Shown in pieces: positions 40,816 through 51,544 of a stretch of DNA of 64,000 nucleotides (position 1 is its first letter; each line of letters starts with the position of its first letter). The translations under genes were made by a program, and so were the position numbers. This DNA comes from Chlamydiota bacterium. Its GTDB lineage: Bacteria; Chlamydiota; Chlamydiia; Chlamydiales; RGXB01. The stretch spans positions 1 to 64,000 of the forward strand of contig CANLTW010000007.1 in the NCBI GenBank assembly GCA_947494155.1. The letters are read 5' to 3'. The notes beneath the pieces were generated by a model that saw only the letters and a list, made by a program, of their open reading frames with translations, was not told where the DNA came from and did not search any database.

Positions 40816-43266
40816 ATGTCATATACGGAAAACGAACAGATTGTAAATCGTAACGTCGAGGAGGAGCTCAAGGAGAGTTACCTCAGATACTCGATGTCGG
40901 TTATTATCTCCCGCGCTCTGCCTGATGTTCGGGATGGGCTTAAACCTTCGCAGCGTAGAATTCTCTATGCCATGCGGCAATTGAATCTTAGCCCGGGTGG
41001 CAAACACAGGAAATGTGCTAAAATCGCCGGTGATACGTCGGGAGATTACCACCCTCATGGTGAATCGGTGATCTATCCGACGCTTGTGCGTATGGCACAA
41101 GACTGGGTGATGCGCTACACGCTGGTGAATGGTCAGGGAAACTTCGGCTCCATTGACGGTGACCCCCCAGCTGCGATGCGTTATACAGAGGCGAGATTGA
41201 CCCATGCATCGGTTGCATTGATGGAAGATCTGGATAAAGAAACTGTCGATTTTGTCCCAAACTATGATGAGACAAAGAAAGAACCGACCGTTTTTCCCTC
41301 AAAATTTCCTAACCTTATCTGTAACGGCTCCTCCGGAATCGCCGTGGGGATGGCTACAAACATCCCTCCGCATAACCTTTTGGAGCTCTCAAGAGCTGTT
41401 CAGCTGCTGATTGATGATCCCTCGATCACAATCGATCAGATCATGGAGGTGATGCCTGGACCCGATTTCCCGACAGGTGGAACCATTTGCGGTTATAGAG
41501 GAATAAAAGAGGCCTATTACACCGGCCGCGGAAAACTCACTTTGAGGGGCGTACTTCGTTCCGAAGAGATGGAGGGGGATCGCTCGAGAATTATCATCGA
41601 CGAGCTCCCTTACAACGTAAACAAGGCTCTTTTGATTGAGAGAATTGCTGAGCTTATCAACGACAAAACGATGGCAGGGATCTCCGATATTCGGGATGAG
41701 TCGGACAAGGATGGGCTGAGAATTGTCCTTGATCTGAAAAGAGGGGAAATTCCCGATGTTACGATCAACCAACTCTACAAGTTTACCGACCTACAGGTAA
41801 CCTTCGGTTGCAACATGCTTGCTTTGGATAATGGTTTCCCAAAAACCATGAACATCAAGCAGATGATGCAAGCTTGGGTGGATCACCGTATCGAGGTGGT
41901 GCGCCGTCGCACCCGCTACGAGCTGAATAAAGCTGAGGCGCGGGCTCACATTCTAGAGGGCTATCTCAAAGCGCTTGATCATTTAGACGAGATCGTCAAG
42001 ATGATACGCCAATCGCCCGATCGCCATGTGGCTCGGGTGGAGTTGATCCAAACCTACCATTTTTCAGAGCGCCAAGCCGATGCGATTTTAGAGTTGAGAC
42101 TCTATCAGCTTACAGGTCTTGAGCGGGAAAAGATCGAGAATGAGTACAAAGATCTCCTTTTAAAGATCGAGAATTTGCGTGCGATTTTAGCTGATGAAAG
42201 ACTTGTGCGCAATATCATCAAAGAGGAACTGGCCGATATTGAGCGCAATCATAAAGGGATTAGAGCTACTAGGATTGTTGCCGCCGAAGGTGAGCTGCAA
42301 ATGGAAGACCTTATCCCAAATGAGACTGTGGTAATCACAATCTCATCTGACGATTACATCAAAAGAATGCCAGTCGATACATTCCGTGAACAAAAACGGG
42401 GTGGAAGCGGCGTGATTGGTGCTGATCTTAAGAAAGAGAGCGATGCTGTTAAAGATGTTTATATCGTAGACACCCACGATACGTTGTTGGTATTTACAAG
42501 TCTGGGGCGCTGCTACTGGCTTAAAGTCTGGCAAGTTCCTGAGGGGAACCGCCGATCGAAAGGGAAACCCCTTATCAATCTTTTAGAGGGGTTGACTAAA
42601 GATGAGCGGATTGCTGCGATTTTGAATATCAAGTCCTTTGAAGATCCTGGAGCGGTGATTTTTGCGACTAAGCAGGGTACAATCAAAAAGACTCTTCTTG
42701 ACGCCTACAGCTCGCCGCGCAAAAAAGGGGTATACGCGATTGCGATCGACGATGGCGATGAGGTGATAGCTGCAAGACTTGTACGTCCTGGCGAACAGGT
42801 AATGTTGTTTACCCGAGATGGGATGGCGGTTCGCTTTGATGAAGACCGTTGTCGACCAATGGGTCGTGTGGCTCGTGGAGTTAGGGGAGTAACTCTCAAA
42901 GACAAAGAGGATTTCGTCGTTTCTTGTGAAGTGGTGAAATCGACCGATACCCTTCTTCTTGTATGCGAAAACGGATTTGGAAAACGTTCCGACGTTGAGG
43001 AATTCCGCCATACAAATAGAGGAGGCAAAGGGGTTAGAGCCATCATGATCAATAAGCGCAACGGCTATTTAGTTGCAGCTTTGAGAGTGGACGAAAAGGA
43101 CGGGATCTTAATGATGTCTGAAGGGGGGCAAACCCTAAGAACGTTGATTAAAGATATCCGTGTAATGGGCCGTTCTACCCAAGGTGTTACGCTTGTGCAT
43201 CTCGGTGTAGATGATAAACTAGTTGCAGTCCAAAGAATCAGCGAGGGTGAAGAGAGTGGCCAATAA
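40816..43266 (+). CDS. gyrA: DNA gyrase subunit A
   Basis: [19 protein letters not shown], GyrA-box QKRGGSG. Confidence 0.99.
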   Translation: MSYTENEQIVNRNVEEELKESYLRYSMSVIISRALPDVRDGLKPSQRRILYAMRQLNLSPGGKHRKCAKIAGDTSGDYHPHGESVIYPTLVRMAQDWVMRYTLVNGQGNFGSIDGDPPAAMRYTEARLTHASVALMEDLDKETVDFVPNYDETKKEPTVFPSKFPNLICNGSSGIAVGMATNIPPHNLLELSRAVQLLIDDPSITIDQIMEVMPGPDFPTGGTICGYRGIKEAYYTGRGKLTLRGVLRSEEMEGDRSRIIIDELPYNVNKALLIERIAELINDKTMAGISDIRDESDKDGLRIVLDLKRGEIPDVTINQLYKFTDLQVTFGCNMLALDNGFPKTMNIKQMMQAWVDHRIEVVRRRTRYELNKAEARAHILEGYLKALDHLDEIVKMIRQSPDRHVARVELIQTYHFSERQADAILELRLYQLTGLEREKIENEYKDLLLKIENLRAILADERLVRNIIKEELADIERNHKGIRATRIVAAEGELQMEDLIPNETVVITISSDDYIKRMPVDTFREQKRGGSGVIGADLKKESDAVKDVYIVDTHDTLLVFTSLGRCYWLKVWQVPEGNRRSKGKPLINLLEGLTKDERIAAILNIKSFEDPGAVIFATKQGTIKKTLLDAYSSPRKKGVYAIAIDDGDEVIAARLVRPGEQVMLFTRDGMAVRFDEDRCRPMGRVARGVRGVTLKDKEDFVVSCEVVKSTDTLLLVCENGFGKRSDVEEFRHTNRGGKGVRAIMINKRNGYLVAALRVDEKDGILMMSEGGQTLRTLIKDIRVMGRSTQGVTLVHLGVDDKLVAVQRISEGEESGQ

Positions 43267-43876
43267 TTCGCTCTTTATCACCTTTGAGGGGATTGACGGA
43301 TGCGGAAAATCGACACAGCTTTTAAAAGCTAAACGATTTTTCACTCAAAAGGGCTACGAAGTCTTAGAGACTAAAGAGCCCGGTGGCACTATGATCGGAC
43401 GCCATTTAAGAGCGCTTCTTTTGGAAGAGGGGGCTAAAATTCAGCGCTCTGAAGTTTTAATGTTTATGTTGGATCGCTCAGAGCATGTGAGGCAGGTGAT
43501 CCAACCTGCATTAGAGCAGGGAAAGGTGGTGCTTTGTGACCGTTATATTGATTCGACCCTTGCCTATCAGCACGATTATTCCTTTGAGGTTTTGGACGCT
43601 TTAAATCAATTCGCAACCGGCGGTCTTAAACCCGATTTGACTTTCTATTTTGATCTGCCCTTGGAAACGGCGATTAATCGCAGAAGATCCCGCATTCAAG
43701 CGGATCAGATCGAGTCAAGGTCTCATGCGTATATGGAAAATGTGCTTGCTAGATACACAAAAATTTGTCTAAAAGAGCCACACCGGATAAAGGTGATTCC
43801 CTCTGATCGCTCGATTGAAGAGGTAACAAAATTAATGGAGGTGCATTTGCGAGGTTCGATTGCATCCAACCATTGA
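43256..43876 (+). CDS. tmk: Thymidylate kinase
   Basis: FITFEGIDGCGKSTQ, EPGGT, VLCDRY; GTG start at 43256. Confidence 0.95.
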   Translation: MANNSLFITFEGIDGCGKSTQLLKAKRFFTQKGYEVLETKEPGGTMIGRHLRALLLEEGAKIQRSEVLMFMLDRSEHVRQVIQPALEQGKVVLCDRYIDSTLAYQHDYSFEVLDALNQFATGGLKPDLTFYFDLPLETAINRRRSRIQADQIESRSHAYMENVLARYTKICLKEPHRIKVIPSDRSIEEVTKLMEVHLRGSIASNH

Positions 43877-44528
43877 AAAACTTAAAAACCAAAAAGAGTT
43901 GTTGACCCCTCTTCTGATCGTTTCCACCCAAAATGCAGAGCTTCTTGAGGAGACAAAGGCTCTTTGTCATACGTTTTTAAAAAGAAAAGCGATCGACCAT
44001 CCAGATTTACTGGTTTTTCATCCCGAACCGGGCTCAAAAACCTATGCGATGGATACGGTTCGCTCTCTTATACAGGAGGCAAATTTGCCCCCGTATGAGG
44101 AAAAATTCCGTTATTTTGTTTTGGATAGGGTGGAAACAATGCTGCCTGTACACCAAAATGCTCTTTTAAAAGTGCTTGAAGAGCATCCGCCATTTAGTAA
44201 ATTTATTTTACTTGCAACCAGTACAGCACCCCTCCTACCCACAGTCCTTTCAAGATTAAAAAAAGTATTTTTACATCAGGAAAACGGATCTCGCTCCCTT
44301 TTTCCCGATTTCTCTCTCCCTTTTTCTCACCTTCACCAGAGTCTGCAAAACATTTTGGAGAGCAGTTCTTTTGTTGATTTAAAGAATGGGGAAGAGGTTC
44401 TGCATCAATTGAGCGAGGATTCTCTTCTCTGGACCCTTGAAGGGCAAAGGGCTGAGGAGCTCAATATCAGAAAAAAAAATCTCTTGGAGGCGCTGTATGC
44501 CAAGCTTAAGACCCAAGGTGAAAACTAA
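43860..44528 (+). CDS. holB: DNA polymerase III delta-prime-like (short)
   Basis: HPDL, QNALLKVLEE, LLPTVLSR; follows tmk. Confidence 0.8.
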   Translation: MHPTIEKLKNQKELLTPLLIVSTQNAELLEETKALCHTFLKRKAIDHPDLLVFHPEPGSKTYAMDTVRSLIQEANLPPYEEKFRYFVLDRVETMLPVHQNALLKVLEEHPPFSKFILLATSTAPLLPTVLSRLKKVFLHQENGSRSLFPDFSLPFSHLHQSLQNILESSSFVDLKNGEEVLHQLSEDSLLWTLEGQRAEELNIRKKNLLEALYAKLKTQGEN

Positions 44529-44540
44529 AGCAAAATCCCC

Positions 44541-44569
44541 TTGTATTGGGGGATTCTAATCGGTATACT
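44541..44569 (+). promoter_or_regulatory. Sigma66 promoter of nusB with leaderless geometry
   Basis: TTGTAT-N17-TATACT-N7-ATG; the -35 box sits in the loop of an AATCCCC/GGGGATT inverted repeat. Confidence 0.7.
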
Positions 44570-44576
44570 ATCTTGA

Positions 44577-44993
44577 ATGTCTCTCAATCAATCTAAATTA
44601 CGAGAAATCGTCTTTCATTTTTTATTTGCGCGCCCCCAAACTACTGACGAGGTAGATCTACTAGTAAAATCTTTAATGCACTATCACAAAACTACAAAAA
44701 AAAATGTGATGGAGGCGTTTTCCCGGTACGAAAAAATTTTACCAAGCGTAGAAGCCATTGACCGCTCTATTCAAAAATCCTCAAAAGAATATGATGCAGA
44801 GAGGATTACCAGAGCAGAGAAGGTGGCGATAGAACTTTGCGCCTACGAGATGCTTTATGACGAGGAGATACCCGAAAAAGTGGCGATTTCCGAGGCGATT
44901 AGGTTAACTAAGAAGTATGGGAGCAAGGAGGGAGCCGGATATGTCAACGCCATCATGGATACCCTCTATAATAACCGAGAATCAGAATCTTAA
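44577..44993 (+). CDS. nusB: Transcription antitermination factor
   Basis: KLREIVF, PEKVAISEAIRLTKKY, YVNAIMD. Confidence 0.93.
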   Translation: MSLNQSKLREIVFHFLFARPQTTDEVDLLVKSLMHYHKTTKKNVMEAFSRYEKILPSVEAIDRSIQKSSKEYDAERITRAEKVAIELCAYEMLYDEEIPEKVAISEAIRLTKKYGSKEGAGYVNAIMDTLYNNRESES

Positions 44994-45852
44994 GGACTAT
45001 ACGACGCTTAAGGTGGGGGGGGTAGCCCGCTATTTTGCTGAGGTGAAAAGTATAGAGGAGCTTTTTGAGGTTCTAAGTTTCAAAAAAAAAGTGAGCCTCC
45101 CCCTTTTTGTTTTGGGAAAAGGGTCGAATCTGATTCTTGGGGATGGGGAGCTTGAGGCTATTTTTATTGTCAATCGTATCCATTTTCTCTTTTTTGAGAG
45201 CGATTCTGTTGAGGTAGGAGCCGGTGTCCATGTCTCTTATTTGGCTCAAAAGGTCTCAAAGTTGGGGTTTGGCGGTTTGGAATTCTTTTCCGGCATCCCG
45301 GGGACTGTGGGGGGGTGTATTGTAATGAATGCCGGTGCCGCTAAAAAAGAGACCGCTTCGGCTTTGATAGAGGTCACAACTCTCGATTATGAGGGGATTA
45401 AGCGGACTTACGGGGCTCAGGAGCTGGAGTTTGGCTATAGAAAAAGCCCGTTTTTGGCGAAAGAAGAGATCATCGTATCGGCGAAATTTCGCCTAGAACA
45501 GGATAGAGACTCTGAAAAGAAAAGACAGGCATTACTAGCTAGCAGATTAAAAACTCAGCCCTATTCCCTACCGACAGCGGGTTGTATGTTTAAAAATCCT
45601 GTAGGTGACTCTGCGGGGAGGCTCATCGATTCCTGTGGATTGAAGGGTTTACAGATAGGAGGAGTGCGCGTCTCCTCAAAGCATGCAAACTTTTTTGAAA
45701 ATGTGAGCGATGCGACAGCGAAAAATATCCTTGATCTGGTAGATCGGGTCCGTTATGAAGTGAAAATACAAACAGGAATAGAGTTAGAGTTAGAAGTACT
45801 TCCATGTTTTACGACTTGCACACCCATACAACAGCATCCGATGGGCAACTGA
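44941..45852 (+). CDS. murB: UDP-N-acetylenolpyruvoylglucosamine reductase
   Basis: TTLKVGG, LGKGSN, GIPGTVGG..MNAGA, FGYRKS, AGCMFKNP, KHANF. Confidence 0.95.
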   Translation: MSTPSWIPSIITENQNLKDYTTLKVGGVARYFAEVKSIEELFEVLSFKKKVSLPLFVLGKGSNLILGDGELEAIFIVNRIHFLFFESDSVEVGAGVHVSYLAQKVSKLGFGGLEFFSGIPGTVGGCIVMNAGAAKKETASALIEVTTLDYEGIKRTYGAQELEFGYRKSPFLAKEEIIVSAKFRLEQDRDSEKKRQALLASRLKTQPYSLPTAGCMFKNPVGDSAGRLIDSCGLKGLQIGGVRVSSKHANFFENVSDATAKNILDLVDRVRYEVKIQTGIELELEVLPCFTTCTPIQQHPMGN

Positions 45853-46619
45853 CCCCTTTTGAGCTCATAGACGAGGCTGTAAAGAGAGGGGTTCCTGGTA
45901 TTTGTATCACGGATCACGACACAATCGATGCCTACACAAAAGATGTAATCAAGTATGCAGAGAGAAAAGGGGTATTTCTTGGTACCGGAATTGAGATATC
46001 GACCGTATTCCAAGAGACCTCTATCCATATTCTTGGATACGATATTGATGTTGACTCCCCAGCAATCAATCGCTTTATAGATCATACTCAGGCAAGTCGG
46101 GTGGATCGTAATCGGAAAATGGTCGAACTGCTTAGGGACATGGGTTATAAAATCGATTGGGAGGACAAGGAAAACCTAGGCCGCCCCCACATCGCGTCAA
46201 AGCTGATAGAAAAGGGCTATTTTTCCAGTATGCGCGATGCTTTTGACCTATTGCTTGGGGAGGGGAAACCCGCTTTTGTGATGGGGGAGTTTCCCTCAAC
46301 TTTGGAGGGGATTCAGCTCATTCACGCGGCAAAAGGGAAAGCTTTTTTAGCCCATCCCCACGTGATCAAACCAAAAAAACTTGTACGCAAATTATTGGAG
46401 CTCCCTTTTGATGGTATGGAGGTCAACTATGGAGTCTTTTCAAGAGAGGACAATATCTATTTCGAAGTTTTGGCAAAAAGCAAAAAGCTAATTATAAGTG
46501 GCGGAACAGATCACCATGGATTACAAACAATCCCTCAGCTGGGAGAACGTGGAGTTGGCCTTAAAGAGGTCAAGGATATTTTCCCCTCAAAATTCGCAAA
46601 TGTCCCTGCCAAAGCCTAG
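45804..46619 (+). CDS. PHP domain phosphoesterase (YciV/TrpH-like)
   Basis: DLHTHTTASDG, ITDHD, HILGY, GRPHIA, LAHP, GGTDHHG. Confidence 0.92.
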   Translation: MFYDLHTHTTASDGQLTPFELIDEAVKRGVPGICITDHDTIDAYTKDVIKYAERKGVFLGTGIEISTVFQETSIHILGYDIDVDSPAINRFIDHTQASRVDRNRKMVELLRDMGYKIDWEDKENLGRPHIASKLIEKGYFSSMRDAFDLLLGEGKPAFVMGEFPSTLEGIQLIHAAKGKAFLAHPHVIKPKKLVRKLLELPFDGMEVNYGVFSREDNIYFEVLAKSKKLIISGGTDHHGLQTIPQLGERGVGLKEVKDIFPSKFANVPAKA

Positions 46620-47658
46620 CTTTCTCTCTATCCACGTTATAGGTACGAATGGCAAAGGATCTGTCAGCACAAAAATTGCGTATGCCTTAGAAAAGGCGGG
46701 CTATAAGGTAGGTTTATTCACCTCACCGCATCTAGATTGCATTACGGAACGTATCCAGATCAATCGAAAACCAATAGAAAAAAACCATTTGGAGGGGCTT
46801 TTTGAAAGTGCCCCAAGTATGGAGAGTTTTTTTTCTCAGTCGTTTTTTATCGCTTTTAATTACTTTCAATACCATTCTGTCGATTTTGTGGTATGGGAGG
46901 CTGGTATAGGGGCAAGGCTTGATCCGATACGGCTCGTGGACCCTTTTCTTACCGTGATCACCTCTTTAGGTTTTGATCATACCCAGATTCTTGGCTCTAC
47001 TCTGGAAAAAATTGCTAGAGAAAAGGGGGCGCTTTTCACTAAAGATTTGGTGATTTCCAGGCAAGCTTTAACCTCAACAATCGTGACCCTTGCACTTGAG
47101 AGAAAGGCAAATGTTGCTGTTGCAGAAACCGATGAAAAAGATTATCAAGCTTCTAACACCTATACCGCCCTCAAAGCGGTAGAATTTTTTCGAAAAAAGG
47201 GGATCATTCCGTTCTGTATGGAATTTAAAGAGTTCTACTCCATACTACCTAAAGGGAGGTTTGAGGAGGTCAAAGAGGGGATTATTCTTGACGTAGCTCA
47301 CAACCCTCAGGGGCTTGAGGCTCTGATTTTGAAATGTCGTGAAAAATATGCAGAAGGGGGCACCCTGCTTTTGGGCGGGTACCGAGATAAAGACCTGGTT
47401 TTGATGGTAAAAAAGCACCATAGCTATTTTGAAAAGATCCTTGTTTGGGATGGAGGAAAAAAGAATCTAAGGATGTATCCTAAAGAGGAGCTGAAAGAAC
47501 AATTAGAAAAGCTTACAAGTAGAAGCATAGGTCTGGTCCAAGATTTGGATCTAGAACACTATTTAGGGGAGGAAAAAAGAGGTTTGTTATTGATTACCGG
47601 TGGGTTTGCGATCGTAAGAGAGGCTAGAGAGCGACTTAGAGGTCTTCTAAATCCGTAA
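46600..47658 (+). CDS. folC: Folylpolyglutamate/dihydrofolate synthase (short)
   Basis: IHVIGTNGKGS, GLFTSPHL, EAGIGARLD, DHTQILG, LDVAHNP; ATG at 46600. Confidence 0.88.
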   Translation: MSLPKPSFLSIHVIGTNGKGSVSTKIAYALEKAGYKVGLFTSPHLDCITERIQINRKPIEKNHLEGLFESAPSMESFFSQSFFIAFNYFQYHSVDFVVWEAGIGARLDPIRLVDPFLTVITSLGFDHTQILGSTLEKIAREKGALFTKDLVISRQALTSTIVTLALERKANVAVAETDEKDYQASNTYTALKAVEFFRKKGIIPFCMEFKEFYSILPKGRFEEVKEGIILDVAHNPQGLEALILKCREKYAEGGTLLLGGYRDKDLVLMVKKHHSYFEKILVWDGGKKNLRMYPKEELKEQLEKLTSRSIGLVQDLDLEHYLGEEKRGLLLITGGFAIVREARERLRGLLNP

Positions 47659-48202
47659 AATCTTGCTCCATCATGTCGATCTCCTCTTGAGTGAGATAGG
47701 GGCTTCGTGCCCCCTTAGTGATCGCCAGTTCAGCCAGCTCGGCCAGAGCTTGGATTATCGGAATTTTTTGGCTTTGCACCGTTTGAATATCCATAGCTTT
47801 TACCAGTTGAACCAGATCCCCCCCTGCCCGTTCAATCTCTTGATATAAAACCCACTTCACTTCGCTGCTTAAAAGTTCCAGTCTTTGGATAAATTCCAAA
47901 AGGTGCTCTTTTAAGATGAGTTGGAGCATCTCAAAAAGAATCTCAGCTACGTCCGCTCTCTCAAGTTCATCAAAATCGGGAAACGGATCGGGCTCCATCC
48001 TATTTGTTGCTCGGGCAATCTCTTGACGCTCCTCGGAGGTGAGGCTCTCGTTTTTGCGTAACTGGATCACCAGTGCATCTGTAGGGAGCCCCATCTTGGC
48101 AACTTTTTGCATTTTTTGGATGGTTTTTTTTACGACATCCTCTTTTGGGGGAACAGAATTTAAATCATCCATAAAATACCCAACGGGTAACTTTACCATC
48201 AT
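47636..48202 (-). CDS. Hypothetical protein
   Basis: 188-aa helical-looking ORF preceded by TTGCAG-N18-TAGGAT-N8-ATG. Confidence 0.6.
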   Translation of the reverse strand: MMVKLPVGYFMDDLNSVPPKEDVVKKTIQKMQKVAKMGLPTDALVIQLRKNESLTSEERQEIARATNRMEPDPFPDFDELERADVAEILFEMLQLILKEHLLEFIQRLELLSSEVKWVLYQEIERAGGDLVQLVKAMDIQTVQSQKIPIIQALAELAELAITKGARSPYLTQEEIDMMEQDFTDLEDL

Positions 48203-48249
48203 ACTTGCTGATCCTAAGCGACTCTTTGAGTTATCTGCAATCTAATTTC

Positions 48250-48278
48250 TTGATAAAAATTGGGGGAGCGAGTATCAT
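48250..48278 (+). promoter_or_regulatory. Promoter of tRNA-Val
   Basis: TTGATA-N17-TATCAT. Confidence 0.7.
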
Positions 48279-48293
48279 GATGACCCATCTTTT

Positions 48294-48367
48294 GGGGTGC
48301 TAGCTCAGTTGGTTAGAGCGTTACGTTGACATCGTAAAGGTCAGTGGTTCGAGTCCACTGCATCCCA
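48294..48367 (+). tRNA. tRNA-Val(GAC)
   Basis: Acceptor stem GGGGTGC/GCATCCC; anticodon arm TTACG-TTGACAT-CGTAA; T-loop TTCGAGT; CCA not encoded. Confidence 0.97.
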
Positions 48368-48377
48368 TGTTCTCGCA

Positions 48378-48944
48378 TCATATTGCATCAAGAATTTCTT
48401 TTATAGAATCAAGTATCCAATCTGCTCTAGAGTCTACACTCCCTTTTGGAACTTCAAGAAGTTCGTAGCCGAATTTATAGTAGATGTTTTTTACATGATT
48501 AGAGGCGAGGATAGACTCCTCAAAGGTCTCTTCCCTTTCGGGGTCTTTAGAAAAAATCTCTTCCCATGGGGGGAAAAAAAAGACTTTATTATTGTAGACA
48601 AGCTTTGTAGCGAGATCCTCTATTTTTTGAGAGTGGGGAGTTTTGCGATAGATGTCGAACGCTATAATATCTATTATCGCCCGATCAAAAAAAGCAATTT
48701 TTTGGGGTTCAAGCTGCGCTTTTTTGTAAAATTCTATATCTTTTTCCAAAATTCTATCCCGAAAGGCCAATAGATTTTTTTTGGGGTGGGCATCATGTAG
48801 TCCCCTATTGGCTCCTCGCATCAAGGAACGGGCAGATTCGGGGAAGGTTTGATACCCCCTTTTTTTTAGAGCCTCCAAGGTCGTTGATTTACCTACGCCT
48901 GGGCCACCTGTAAATATAAAAAAGGGGGGGTAAGAGGTTTGCAT
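48378..48944 (-). CDS. AAA_28-type P-loop NTPase/kinase
   Basis: TGGPGVGKST, FFDRAIID, FFPPWEEIF..D.ER.E.FEE. Confidence 0.85.
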   Translation of the reverse strand: MQTSYPPFFIFTGGPGVGKSTTLEALKKRGYQTFPESARSLMRGANRGLHDAHPKKNLLAFRDRILEKDIEFYKKAQLEPQKIAFFDRAIIDIIAFDIYRKTPHSQKIEDLATKLVYNNKVFFFPPWEEIFSKDPEREETFEESILASNHVKNIYYKFGYELLEVPKGSVDSRADWILDSIKEILDAI

Positions 48945-49031
48945 ATTTTTTATTTACCCCCTTAGGGCTTTTTTTTTATATGATAGAAAATCTTAACTAA
49001 AAAAAAGGGGGTATTTTAGGCCCGATAGTAC

Positions 49032-51416
49032 TTAAGGACAGCTAAAAAGTTTGGAGGCTAAAAGGATCTGTAAAGCCCCTTTTTCAGTGAGGCTCCAGTC
49101 GTTTTCTTCATCCCAAAATTCGATGAGCTCTTTACCTTCGGACAGCCCGTTCAGGGCATGAAAAAGGGCGTTTTTCTCCTTTGCATCAAGACCTTTATAC
49201 CCTTGCACAAGGGTATGGAGCAGATCTTCAGTGGAAAATTGCGAAAAAAACCTCTTCAAAAGCTCTTGGGGGGTGTACTGCAAGATCTTTTTGATCAATA
49301 CCCCGGTAAAGGGATCGAATTGTACTGTATGTGATAAACCAAGGAAACGGGCGATACGGTTTTTCACATAAAGGACATGATGAGGGAGCTCGGAGACTTT
49401 GTGAAATACTTTAGGTCTCAATAGCTCTTTGATCCAATTATGATTTTCCAACCCTTTTTCAAAATAGGGAGATAAGCACGCTTCCAGAAAATTATCCAAA
49501 GGCGCTTCTAGAAATTCCCCTTTATGCCTTTTTTGGAACTGTTGGGGCAAATATCGGTAGGCTTGCGAAATACCAAATTTTTTCCCTTCAGAACAGTTAT
49601 TTATACAAGCCGAAATCTCCATCAAAGCCCGATCAAACAAAGATAGCGCCCCTGGTGAGCTTGATTCCCGTTCCAGCGTTTCTAGCCAAAGGATGATTTG
49701 AAACAGTTTGACAACATAGGAGGGGACTTGGTGCTGATTTTTTTTCGAGGTCGAGAGAGTTAGCTCAAAAAAAGGATCTGTAAGATTCGCCTTAAGCTGG
49801 GAAAAGTTAAGTCCTGTCAGCGTATGGATTTCGTCAAGAAGGGACTGTTTGTCTTTTGAAGAAAGCTCATCTAACCTTGTCGCCAAAATTCCCACTTTAT
49901 CGGTAAAATAGCTTGGAGCAATCGTACTGGGTAATTGGGCAGAGCTAACGAGTGTTTGTCGCATTTTTTCAAGCCCCTCGCTCGGGAGGAAAAAAATCTT
50001 GTCTTTTGACCCGGCAATAGGGATCGGGGGGATGAAAGGGGGTGCTTTTGCAAGCTGTTGGTGCTCGCTGTAAATTCTATAGGGGTTAAGAACGTTTTGT
50101 TGGGTAATCTCATTAAGCTGGGTGATTTGTAGCGCTTTCGAGAATAATGGGCTCTCCTCATCAATCCCCAGGCTCACGTGTTGGTCCAAAATGAAATAGG
50201 CAACTTCAAGCACATCTTCGAGATTCTGCTCATGCTCATTAAGGTACTCCTGAAAAAAAGAGAGATGCAGCTGGCCGAATAAGGGGTGCTCATCGATTTT
50301 TAAAAGGTAGTCCACCCCTTCCATAAAACGGGGGCGTATGTTGTTTAGATAAGAGCTTATTTCCACTAGGGTTTGGGGTTGGCTACGCGGTTGTAGCCAT
50401 TGGCAAAAAGCTTGCAAATCTAAAGTTTTGTATTGCAAAAGCATCTTGATAAAATACACAGGATCCAAAGCCCCCTCTAGATGAAAAAATGGGGTAAGGA
50501 TGGAGCATATAGCCTCCAGTTTATCTGCGGGAGCTTTGAGCAGTAGAAGATAAAACTTCCCTTTTTCTGTTGTTTGGATGTGCTCTTTGAAAAAGGATAG
50601 GTGGTCAAACTTTTTGAGTGTATTGAGGCAACTGTCGTTTAAAATTGCTTGAAGCAGATCCGATTGGTTCGAAGAGTCCACCTCGTTTAAAAGACTGCAA
50701 GTAGTAGCGCAAAAACGTTGTCTATGCTCTTGAGGTAATAAATGCACCCCTTGAATAAGAGTAATACGATCCTTTAGATCCATATCGCTATGCATCAGAT
50801 GTTTTGCTAAAGTAAGAACCTCTTCATTTACGTCTGTTTTAAACTCCTGCAGTTTATCAATCAGTTCCACTTGTAAAATGGAGCTGTCTTTTCCCGAAGT
50901 GAATGGGAAAGCCTGCTTAAGGAAAATGCGCCGCTTGTCGGGGGGGAGACGTTCAACGCCGTTGATCAAGTGGCACTTGTCTTGAAAGCTTTTCAGCTGT
51001 TCTAGAAAGGGTTTGATATCGAGAATAAAAGGGATCTGATCTGAAACAGATATTTTCGAAAGCATGGAAAGGATTTTCGACCTTTGAGCCACATCTTTCA
51101 CATCTTTTAGAAAAGGGGCTGTGATTTGTGAAATCGTCGATAGCTGGTCTCTTGGAAAAAGTTGTGCGATTTTTAAAATTTTCCAATGGTGTTTTTTTTG
51201 TATCCCATTAGTCAAACGGGAAAAACTCTCTTGAAAATCGTTGTGCAAGGGGGAACAAAGAGGATCATACTCCTCATGAAGATGGTTTGTATCTAAACCG
51301 ACATCGTTATCAACAACTTGGGTTTGCTCTGCGTTAACCCTGCTAGGGGGCTCTTGGTCGACAGGGGGCTGGATTGCCTCTAGAAATCGGGTGGGGGTGT
51401 TGCTCTTAATGATCAT
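49032..51416 (-). CDS. Large hypothetical protein with 35-aa helical repeats (effector candidate)
   Basis: 794 aa; disordered N-terminus; about 8 degenerate 34-35-aa repeats; TTGCAT-N17-TAAACT-N6-ATG upstream. Confidence 0.7.
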   Translation of the reverse strand: MIIKSNTPTRFLEAIQPPVDQEPPSRVNAEQTQVVDNDVGLDTNHLHEEYDPLCSPLHNDFQESFSRLTNGIQKKHHWKILKIAQLFPRDQLSTISQITAPFLKDVKDVAQRSKILSMLSKISVSDQIPFILDIKPFLEQLKSFQDKCHLINGVERLPPDKRRIFLKQAFPFTSGKDSSILQVELIDKLQEFKTDVNEEVLTLAKHLMHSDMDLKDRITLIQGVHLLPQEHRQRFCATTCSLLNEVDSSNQSDLLQAILNDSCLNTLKKFDHLSFFKEHIQTTEKGKFYLLLLKAPADKLEAICSILTPFFHLEGALDPVYFIKMLLQYKTLDLQAFCQWLQPRSQPQTLVEISSYLNNIRPRFMEGVDYLLKIDEHPLFGQLHLSFFQEYLNEHEQNLEDVLEVAYFILDQHVSLGIDEESPLFSKALQITQLNEITQQNVLNPYRIYSEHQQLAKAPPFIPPIPIAGSKDKIFFLPSEGLEKMRQTLVSSAQLPSTIAPSYFTDKVGILATRLDELSSKDKQSLLDEIHTLTGLNFSQLKANLTDPFFELTLSTSKKNQHQVPSYVVKLFQIILWLETLERESSSPGALSLFDRALMEISACINNCSEGKKFGISQAYRYLPQQFQKRHKGEFLEAPLDNFLEACLSPYFEKGLENHNWIKELLRPKVFHKVSELPHHVLYVKNRIARFLGLSHTVQFDPFTGVLIKKILQYTPQELLKRFFSQFSTEDLLHTLVQGYKGLDAKEKNALFHALNGLSEGKELIEFWDEENDWSLTEKGALQILLASKLFSCP

Positions 51417-51544
51417 ATATCCAGTTTAAGATTATTCTGGGTATAATGCAAAAAGTTCTTTTCAAGATCTTTAAAGATTTGAAGGTTGTCTAGGTTCCTC
51501 CATCGATTCAAATAACCCCAGAAATTTTAAAAATAAACTCGCCT

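Noticed and set aside
41050..41085. Gyr[13 protein letters not shown] as a quinolone-resistance allele
   Set aside because: Matches what I recall as the normal chlamydial sequence
43860..44528. holB as a pseudogene
   Set aside because: The frame is intact, and delta-prime is commonly divergent and non-catalytic
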